The translations under genes were made by a program, and so were the position numbers. Shown here piece after piece: positions 53,103 to 60,267 of a stretch of DNA of 64,000 nucleotides (positions are counted from its first letter, which is position 1; each line of letters begins with the position of its first letter). The notes beneath the pieces were generated by a model. The model was not told where the DNA came from. It saw nothing but the letters and a program-made list of their open reading frames with translations, and did not search any database. The DNA comes from Anaerolineae bacterium (GTDB taxonomy: Bacteria > Chloroflexota > Anaerolineae > Fen-1058): the NCBI GenBank assembly GCA_046328575.1, contig JAXLWI010000011.1, positions 1,163 to 65,162 of the forward strand, in the 5' to 3' direction.

Positions 53103-53160
53103 GTTTGATCCACTCTCTAGTTTCGATCACCTCCTTTATCGAAACAAGCACCTCGATCAC
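53103..53160 (-). promoter_or_regulatory. Repeated GTGATCGA-type motifs and an 8-bp inverted repeat upstream of the binding-protein gene
   Basis: Plus strand: gtttgatccac (53103-53113), gtttcgatcac (53120-53130), cctcgatcac (53151-53160). gtttcgat / atcgaaac inverted repeat at 53120-53145. No good -10/-35 lies between here and the ATG at 53040. Confidence 0.3.
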
Positions 53161-53193
53161 TTCTTCAAGGGTATAAGACTGCTTAACTTGAGA

Positions 53194-54837
53194 TCATACT
53201 GATGGATAGGGACTCGGCAACTCAACTTCCAGCACAGTTCCACCGTTAGGTGGAGAGTCTACGTGCATTGTGCCGCCGAGTAATGCCACACGTTCGCTTA
53301 TCCCCAACAACCCAAAGTGCTTGGCCGCCGATAACTCCGCCAGATCGATCGGTTTGGGTAACCCCTGCCCATCATCGGCCAGCATCAGCCTGATGCTAGC
53401 CGTTGGCGTCCGCTCCACTCGCAACGCCACATTGCGGGCTGAGGCATGCTTGCGAACATTATTCAGCCCTTCTTGAACGATTCGGAACACCGACAATTCC
53501 AAGGCTTCCGGCAACCGCCCTAACTTCGGATCGATACTGAGTTCCAACTGAACGCCATGTCGCTCGGCCCATTCTTCGGCCAGCGAGCGCACCGCAGCTT
53601 TCAAACCGTGCGCCTCCAAGGTCGGCGGGCGTAAGTCGCTACACAATTGCCGTAAATCGGCCACAACTTGCCGCACGCTCTGCCGAATCCCTGCCAACTC
53701 GGCCTGTTGTTCTTCATCGTCGACTTCACCTTCGATGTCTTCCAGCCGATAGTTGAAACTCAGCAAATCTTGAATAACTTGATCATGCAGTTCACGCGCC
53801 AGAAACTTGCGCTCCTCTTCGCGCTCAGTCATCAAGCGTCGCTGAGCCGCTTGCAGCGCGATGTTGAGTTGATCGAGCACGTTCACCTGCTGTGCCAACC
53901 GCTCTAACAATTCCCGATTGAGCGAATCACGTTGCGCAAGGCTTTGCTGCAACGCGGCTTGTGTGCGTCGTAACTCATCAGTTTGCTGCTGAACCTGGTG
54001 ATAACTTTCCAACGCCCAGATGATGGGAGTCACCTGCTCTTGGCGCGTGCCGCCTACCATCAATTCCACGATCTCGCGCGGCGTTGAATCAGCCGTTACC
54101 CGATCGGCGATGACCCGGCCTTCATACATCACCAAAATCCGATTGGTCACTGCGAACAGATGCTTGAGATTGTCACTGGCGATGATCACGGCCACACCCG
54201 ATCGCGCCAACTGGCGAATCCGTTCCAGCATCCGTTCTTGTCGCTCGTAGCTCAGCACCGCCAACGCATCGTCCAGCACCAGCAAACGCGCCGGGCTGCA
54301 CAACGCCCGCACAATCGCTACGATCTGTTGTTGCTCGTCGGATAGGTTACTGACCTTAACATTGACGATGTGCGCCGCGCCAAACTCGGTCAGCAGTTCT
54401 ATCGCCCGTCGCGTCATCGCGACATCATCGGGCACACCCATCCGCCAGGGCCGACTCACCTCCCGGCCTAGCGAGATATTCGCCACAACATCCAGATTGC
54501 CCGCCAGCAGCGGTTGCTGGTGAACCATCGCGATGCCTTGCACTTGCGCCTGCGCCGGATTAGTCAGTTGCAGCGGTTGACTATCAAGCCGTAACTGCCC
54601 GCTAGTCGGCATATGCAGCCCACCGATGAGTTGCAACAGGGTCGACTTGCCAACCCCGCGCCGTCCGACCAACCCAATGACTTCGCCAGCCTCAATCTGA
54701 AGCGAGACATCTTGCAGCGCAACGAGTGTACCAAAGTGCTTTGAGACCTGATCGAGTTGCAGCAAAGGCGTGGACACAGGCTCCTTAGCGAGCGAGGGTT
54801 GGCCTATTGTATCACCGCGCCACAAATTGGTCACCAT
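53194..54837 (-). CDS. Fusion protein: degenerate ABC-transporter nucleotide-binding domain + coiled coil + HisKA_3/HATPase_c histidine kinase, soluble
   Basis: aa 24-255 are colinear with XylG NBD1 (Walker A GRRGVGKST, MVHQQ, LSDEQQQ, LLVLDD-ALA, IIASDN). aa 260-345 are Q/L/R-rich coiled coil. H-box ARELHDQVIQDL, N-box QEGLNNVRKH, DDGQG, GLLGISER. No TM helix. Confidence 0.8.
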   Translation of the reverse strand: MVTNLWRGDTIGQPSLAKEPVSTPLLQLDQVSKHFGTLVALQDVSLQIEAGEVIGLVGRRGVGKSTLLQLIGGLHMPTSGQLRLDSQPLQLTNPAQAQVQGIAMVHQQPLLAGNLDVVANISLGREVSRPWRMGVPDDVAMTRRAIELLTEFGAAHIVNVKVSNLSDEQQQIVAIVRALCSPARLLVLDDALAVLSYERQERMLERIRQLARSGVAVIIASDNLKHLFAVTNRILVMYEGRVIADRVTADSTPREIVELMVGGTRQEQVTPIIWALESYHQVQQQTDELRRTQAALQQSLAQRDSLNRELLERLAQQVNVLDQLNIALQAAQRRLMTEREEERKFLARELHDQVIQDLLSFNYRLEDIEGEVDDEEQQAELAGIRQSVRQVVADLRQLCSDLRPPTLEAHGLKAAVRSLAEEWAERHGVQLELSIDPKLGRLPEALELSVFRIVQEGLNNVRKHASARNVALRVERTPTASIRLMLADDGQGLPKPIDLAELSAAKHFGLLGISERVALLGGTMHVDSPPNGGTVLEVELPSPYPSV

Positions 54838-54904
54838 GGATTACAAAGCCTTGTTGGCAGAGAGCGCCCTATCAGTTTCGGCCAAGTTGAGGCATAATGG
54901 GGTC

Positions 54905-55960
54905 ATGTCTGCTATCCGATTGATCCTCGCCGACGATCACGCCATCGTTCGTGCCGGTTTGCGCAATGCGCTGCTGGAACTGCCCGATATGAGTGTGGTG
55001 GCCGAAGTCGGCACCGGTCCAGCCCTGCACGAAGCACTGGCCCGCCACCCGATCGACCTGCTGCTCGTTGATGTAGCCATGCCCGGTTTTGATCCGATAT
55101 CTGAAGTGCGCCACATCAAAGCCCAGTATCCCGATCTCAAAGTGCTGATTGTCAGCGCCTACGCCGACGAAGCCTACGTGGTAGGTCTCCTCGATGCTGG
55201 TGTCAACGGCTATCATCTAAAGGATCAGCCGCTGGCCGATTTGCAACTGGCCATACAGCGCATCCTCGCAGGCGAACGCTGGATCTCCGGCCCATTAGTC
55301 GAACGGCTGTTGCATCGCCGATCGGCCAGTGCCGCCCCAACGCCTGTGCCGCAACTCACGCGCCGTCAACGCGAACTCTTACATTGGTTGGCGCAGGGGC
55401 ATGATAATCGCAAAATCGCGCAAGCGACCGGCTTGAGCGTCAAGACGATCGAGAATCACCTGACGCGGTTGTATCGCTCGTTGGGGGTGTACAGCCGATC
55501 GGAAGCGTTGAGTTACTTGATGCGGCATCCCGAAGTCTTAGCCGCTACGAGTCAGGAGGCCGCCGCCAAAGTCCCCGAATCGGACTCAACCCGCACGCTG
55601 TCGGTGCTGCTCGTCGACGACAATCCACGTTATCGCCAACAATTGAGCCGACTCATCGGTAAGACCTATCCGGCTACGCTGCTCTACGAAGCCGATGATG
55701 TCGCCGAAGCCGTGCGTCTGGCCGAAAGCGCCAAACCGAACCTGGCGTTGATCGACGTGGTGTTGACGGATGAAGACGGCATCTACTGCACCCGCCGCGT
55801 GAAAGCCGTCTCGCCGGCCACGCGTGTCGTGTTGATCAGCGCGTATCCCGATCGGGAATTCCACCGACTCGGACTCAGCGCGGGTGCGGTCGCTTTTCTC
55901 GACAAGAAAGATCTGGACGCGGCCGCGGTGCGCCAAGTTATCGACGACGCCTTAGTGTAG
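54905..55960 (+). CDS. NarL/LuxR-family response regulator with an extra C-terminal receiver domain (REC-HTH-REC)
   Basis: Start moved to the ATG at 54905. REC1: LADDH, LLLVDVAMPG, VSAY, YHLKD. LuxR HTH: LTRRQRELLHWLAQGHDNRKIAQATGLSVKTIENHL. REC2: LLVDDN, ALIDVVL, ISAY, FLDKK. Confidence 0.85.
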   Translation: MSAIRLILADDHAIVRAGLRNALLELPDMSVVAEVGTGPALHEALARHPIDLLLVDVAMPGFDPISEVRHIKAQYPDLKVLIVSAYADEAYVVGLLDAGVNGYHLKDQPLADLQLAIQRILAGERWISGPLVERLLHRRSASAAPTPVPQLTRRQRELLHWLAQGHDNRKIAQATGLSVKTIENHLTRLYRSLGVYSRSEALSYLMRHPEVLAATSQEAAAKVPESDSTRTLSVLLVDDNPRYRQQLSRLIGKTYPATLLYEADDVAEAVRLAESAKPNLALIDVVLTDEDGIYCTRRVKAVSPATRVVLISAYPDREFHRLGLSAGAVAFLDKKDLDAAAVRQVIDDALV

Positions 55961-55972
55961 CATCTTCGGTTG

Positions 55973-57232
55973 TTAAGGTGCGGTATTGCCTGGTTGCCAC
56001 GCCTCGGGCTTGCCCAATATTTCGCGCACAATCAAACTCACGCCACCCATCACACACGCATCAAACTTGAAGGCCGACAAACAGATTTCGCCCCCTGCGC
56101 GTGACGCGGCCAACGCCCGCGCATTCACTTCTTGCTGAGCACGCGGAAGGATGTACGGCCCGGCCAGACTCAACACGCCGCCCAATACCACGCGGCCAGG
56201 GTTGAAAGCGTTGATCAAACTCGCCGTGCCGATGCCTAGATAACGACCCACTTCATCAAGGACGTGTAACACCGCCGGTTCGCCGTGTTCGGCCGCCTGC
56301 AAAATGTTCCGCATTCGAATCGCTTTAGGATTGCCGTTCACTTCGGGCAGTGCTAGCAACCACGGCGTCTGACCAAGATTTGCTGCCTGCTGTACACGCT
56401 CTACGATCGCCGTTGGACCAATCAATGTTTCCCAGCAACCGCGGTTGCCGCAATTACACTGCGGGCCATCTGGCACCAGCGTCATGTGCCCGATCTCTCC
56501 CGCGAAACCGCCGACGCCGCCAAACAACTTGCCGTCGATCACCAAGCCGCCGCCCAGGCCCACGCCCGCGCTCAGGTAGATAAAATGATCGGCTTGTTTG
56601 GCCACGCCCAGCATCTTTTCGCCGAACGCTGCAGCATTGGCCTCATTCTCGACGATGACGGGTACGCCGAAGGCCGCGCACCACATATCGCGCAGCGGCA
56701 CGTCGCGCCAGCCAAGGTTGGGCGCAAAGAGCAACGTGCCTGTCGCATGATCCACCAAGCCCGGCACGCCCAGCCCAATGCCTAGCACCCGATGCCCGCT
56801 GACTTGCGCCTGCTGCATAGCTTCGCGCACCAACATTTCAGCCTGTACCATCACCTGCGGCTGACCGGCTTTGGCTGAACCGTTCGTATCGATCTGACGC
56901 CGCCACACCACATTCGCGCGCAGATCGGCCAACACAACCGAGATGAAGTCAACGCCGATCTCAACGCCGACAATTCGCCCGGCATCCGGATTGATATCGA
57001 TCAGCAAGCCTGGCCGACCCGGCCCCACATTCTGTGTGCCGAGTTCACGCACGAAGCCTAACGTCTGCAACTGCGCCAGCAGCGTGCCAATCGTGCTTTT
57101 GTTGAGGCCGCTGATTTCGGTCAGCCGCGCCCGCGCGATCGGGCCGCCCGCTTCCCAGATATAGCGCAGCACAATCGAGAGGTTTCGCTCTCGCACCCAA
57201 TTTTGATCAGCCGTTCGATAGCGTGGAGGCAT
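55973..57232 (-). CDS. ROK-family transcriptional regulator (XylR-like repressor)
   Basis: N-terminal wHTH (RARLTEISGLNKSTIGTLLAQL). ROK glycine motifs GVGLGG. Zn motif CNCGNRGCWE. Located directly downstream of xylB. Confidence 0.85.
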   Translation of the reverse strand: MPPRYRTADQNWVRERNLSIVLRYIWEAGGPIARARLTEISGLNKSTIGTLLAQLQTLGFVRELGTQNVGPGRPGLLIDINPDAGRIVGVEIGVDFISVVLADLRANVVWRRQIDTNGSAKAGQPQVMVQAEMLVREAMQQAQVSGHRVLGIGLGVPGLVDHATGTLLFAPNLGWRDVPLRDMWCAAFGVPVIVENEANAAAFGEKMLGVAKQADHFIYLSAGVGLGGGLVIDGKLFGGVGGFAGEIGHMTLVPDGPQCNCGNRGCWETLIGPTAIVERVQQAANLGQTPWLLALPEVNGNPKAIRMRNILQAAEHGEPAVLHVLDEVGRYLGIGTASLINAFNPGRVVLGGVLSLAGPYILPRAQQEVNARALAASRAGGEICLSAFKFDACVMGGVSLIVREILGKPEAWQPGNTAP

Positions 57233-57249
57233 AGAGACAGTTCAGCCGG

Positions 57250-58773
57250 TTAGTCTGGCAGCGAATGGAACGTATCTTTCAGGGCCGGATACAACGCGCG
57301 ATATGACGGGTACAAACGCTCGTATTTGGCGGCATTTTCGGAAATTGGCGCAGTCCGATCGGTGATCTTGATCGTTGCGGCCACGGCTTCGTCGACGCTC
57401 TTGAACGTACCCGCGCCAACTCCGGCCAGCAAAGCCGCGCCAAACGCCGCGCCTTCGGTCACGTTGACCAGCACCAATTCCGCACCGAACACATCAGCCT
57501 GAATCTGCCGCCACACAGCACTGCGCGCGCCGCCGCCCGACGCCCGCACCTGCTCGATTGGCACACCCAGCCCCTTGATCAATTCGAGGCTATCGCGCAG
57601 ACCAAACGACACGCCTTCCAACACTGATCGCACGAGATGTGCTTTGCCGTGCCGCAGCGTCAGGCCCACAAACGCGCCCCGCGCCTGCGGATCAGGATAT
57701 GGTGTGCGTTCGCCGGTGAGATACGGCAGGAACAACAAGCCCTCGCTGCCAACCGGCGCGAGCGCAGCTTCTTGCGTCAACAGTTCATAGGGATCAACGT
57801 CGATCAACTTCGCGGCGGTTTTCTCGGTATCGCCGATCGAATCACGCAGCCAGCGGAACGATCCACCCGCCGACAACATCACGCCCATGTAGTGCCATTT
57901 GCCGGGCACGGCGTGACAAAAGGCGTGCAGGCGACCTTGCGCTTCCGCCGCATAATGATCGCTGTGCGCGAACACAACGCCGCTCGTCCCCGACGTGACC
58001 GAGATCACACCCGCTTTTACGATACCGCTACCCACGGCTTGCGCGGCTTGATCGCCGCCGCCGCCTACAACCGGCGTGCCTTCTTTCAAGCCCGTTGCTT
58101 TAGCCGCGCTCGCGCTGATGCGGCCTGATACCACGTCAGACTCTGTACACGTCGGCAGCCACACGCGCGGAATGTCCAGCGCGCCCAGCATCTCATCCGA
58201 CCAGCGGCGATGCTCGACATCAAGTAATGACATGCCCGACGCATCAGAAACTTCCGTCGCGTATTCGCCCGTCAAACAAAAACGCACGTAGTCCTTGGGC
58301 AGAAGAATATGTGTCGTCTGATCAAAAACTTGCGGTTCGTTTTCGCGCACCCACACGATCTTGGGAGCGGTGAAACCAGGCAGCACCTGATTGCCGGTCA
58401 GTTGCAGCAACCGATCGAGCCCGCCCACTTTCGCGGTGATTTCGGCACATTGTGCGCCCGTGCGCTGATCGTTCCACAAAATGGCAGGCCGCAAAACGCG
58501 ATCGGACTTGTCGAGCATGACGAGGCCGTGCATCTGACCTGTCATCCCAATCGCGGTTACTTCATCGCCCGATCGGTTCGCTTTGCTGAGCGCCGCTTTG
58601 ATACTAGCGACCGTGCCCTGCCACCAATCGGCGGGATCTTGCTCTGACCACAGCGGCTTCGGCGTCGAAAGGGGATATTCGGTGGTGTGCGTGGCGATGA
58701 CGTTGCCGCGCTCATCGATCAACAGCGCCTTCGCGCCGGTCGTGGAAACATCGATGCCGAGAAGAAGAGCCAT
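57250..58773 (-). CDS. xylB: Xylulokinase
   Basis: Start moved to the ATG at 58773 (GAGGTG upstream). LLGIDVSTTGAKALL, FGGH-family motifs GGGDQAAQAVG and ASGGGARS. About 507 aa. Confidence 0.9.
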   Translation of the reverse strand: MALLLGIDVSTTGAKALLIDERGNVIATHTTEYPLSTPKPLWSEQDPADWWQGTVASIKAALSKANRSGDEVTAIGMTGQMHGLVMLDKSDRVLRPAILWNDQRTGAQCAEITAKVGGLDRLLQLTGNQVLPGFTAPKIVWVRENEPQVFDQTTHILLPKDYVRFCLTGEYATEVSDASGMSLLDVEHRRWSDEMLGALDIPRVWLPTCTESDVVSGRISASAAKATGLKEGTPVVGGGGDQAAQAVGSGIVKAGVISVTSGTSGVVFAHSDHYAAEAQGRLHAFCHAVPGKWHYMGVMLSAGGSFRWLRDSIGDTEKTAAKLIDVDPYELLTQEAALAPVGSEGLLFLPYLTGERTPYPDPQARGAFVGLTLRHGKAHLVRSVLEGVSFGLRDSLELIKGLGVPIEQVRASGGGARSAVWRQIQADVFGAELVLVNVTEGAAFGAALLAGVGAGTFKSVDEAVAATIKITDRTAPISENAAKYERLYPSYRALYPALKDTFHSLPD

Positions 58774-58793
58774 AGCTTCACCTCGTAATGCGC

Positions 58794-58833
58794 AACGAGT
58801 AATGAGTGAACAACCTTTCACTCATTACTCGTT
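58794..58833 (-). other. Intercistronic stem-loop between xylA and xylB
   Basis: Perfect 15-bp stem aacgagtaatgagtg / cactcattactcgtt with a 10-nt loop and no U-tract on the coding strand. Confidence 0.55.
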
Positions 58834-58845
58834 ACTTGTTTGTCC

Positions 58846-60015
58846 TTAACGGACCCCAAGGAGCAAATCGATTGTCAGTTGATCCAGCTTCTCATACGGT
58901 TGACCGCGCTGACCTAACGCCACCCGATCGAACTCACGGGCCTTCAGGGCCGCCGCTTTGCCGGTCGAGTATGCGCCGAAGAACTCGTTCATCGAGCCAT
59001 CATCGGCGTTGATTTCGGCTAGCAAGGCCTGAATTTCCGGATCGGCATTGAACTGCGCCGCTTTTTCTTTGAGGATCAAATACGTGCGCATACAGCCCTT
59101 GGCGAATTCTTTCACGCCTTCCAGGTTGTCGGTGCGATAGGCATGCGCGTCGAAGTGGCGCGAACCGGCATAGCCCACGTCTTCAAGGAACTTGACCAGA
59201 TAGAACGCGGCTTTGGGATTCTGCGAACCGAAGCGCAGGTCCTGATCGTAGCGCGCGTAGTTCTGATCGTTAAGGTCGATGTGGAATAACTTACCCGCAC
59301 CCCACGCCTGCGCGACCGCATGCATGAAATTGAGGCCAGCCATGTGCTCGTGCGCCATCTCTGGATTGACGCCCACCATCTCGGGATGATCGAGGGTGGC
59401 AATGAAACCCAACATCGCGCCAGTGGTCGGTAAATAGATGTCGCCGCGTGGTTCGTTCGGTTTGGCTTCCAGCGCAAACTTCAGATCATACTTATTGTCG
59501 AGCGCATATTCGCACAGGAAGTTCATGGCTTCGCGGAAGCGCTTACCCGAATCGAGCGCGCTCTTGCCAGAGTCGGTCTCGGTACCTTCACGGCCGCCCC
59601 AGAACACATAGGTCTTTGCACCTAATTCAACGCCCAGATCAATGGCGCGCATCGTCTTGTGCAGAGCGTAGGCCCGCACCTTTGGATCGTTGCTGGTAAA
59701 CGCCCCATCTCGAAAAGCGGGATCGTTGAAGAGATTGGTGGTGGCCATCGGGACACAGAGACCGGTGTCGCTGAGGGCCTGCTTGAAATCGGCGACGATC
59801 TTATCGCGTTGAGCGGGGGTTGCATCGATTGGGACGAGGTCGTTGTCGTGGAAGTTCACGCCCCACGCGCCGACTTCAGCTAGCAAGTGAACGATTTCGA
59901 CGGGCGACAAAGCCGATCGGACCGCCTTGCCAAACGGATCAGAACCGGTATTGCCAACAGTCCACAGGCCAAAAGTAAATCTGTGTTCGGGTTTGGGTTG
60001 ATACAGGGAAGCCAT
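58846..60015 (-). CDS. xylA: Xylose isomerase (class I, short type)
   Basis: Start moved to the ATG at 60015 (AAGGAG 8 nt upstream). [29 protein letters not shown], and a length of about 389 aa. Confidence 0.92.
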   Translation of the reverse strand: MASLYQPKPEHRFTFGLWTVGNTGSDPFGKAVRSALSPVEIVHLLAEVGAWGVNFHDNDLVPIDATPAQRDKIVADFKQALSDTGLCVPMATTNLFNDPAFRDGAFTSNDPKVRAYALHKTMRAIDLGVELGAKTYVFWGGREGTETDSGKSALDSGKRFREAMNFLCEYALDNKYDLKFALEAKPNEPRGDIYLPTTGAMLGFIATLDHPEMVGVNPEMAHEHMAGLNFMHAVAQAWGAGKLFHIDLNDQNYARYDQDLRFGSQNPKAAFYLVKFLEDVGYAGSRHFDAHAYRTDNLEGVKEFAKGCMRTYLILKEKAAQFNADPEIQALLAEINADDGSMNEFFGAYSTGKAAALKAREFDRVALGQRGQPYEKLDQLTIDLLLGVR

Positions 60016-60049
60016 CAGTTTCACTCCTTGTGACGGAAATTCGAGCGGG

Positions 60050-60085
60050 GTTTGTTTGGGCGTTAGCCAAACTAACGACATTATA
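60050..60085 (-). promoter_or_regulatory. Putative XylR operator abutting a TATAAT -10 box upstream of xylA
   Basis: In gene orientation: TATAAT (60085-60080), then GTTAGTTTGG-ctaacgc-CCAAACAAAC (60076-60050). The 10-bp arms have one mismatch. The element ends 35 nt upstream of the ATG. Confidence 0.45.
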
Positions 60086-60213
60086 GCGCTGTTCAGTGCC
60101 GCACAAATAGGAACTTAGTACTATTTAGGCTGTGATATTCGTAACGCATTAGCCGACCATCCGCCAAATTAGATGATACATATAAGGAAATAGCGACGGT
60201 CGCTGTCGAAAAT

Positions 60214-60247
60214 GAAAACGCGGAGCCGAAATCAACTCCGCGTTTTC
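60214..60247 (-). terminator. Intrinsic terminator after the kinase-nucleotidyltransferase gene
   Basis: 12-bp stem gaaaacgcggag / ctccgcgttttc. On the minus strand it is followed by attttc. Confidence 0.7.
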
Positions 60248-60267
60248 AAGCGCCGTTCAAAAAAAAT

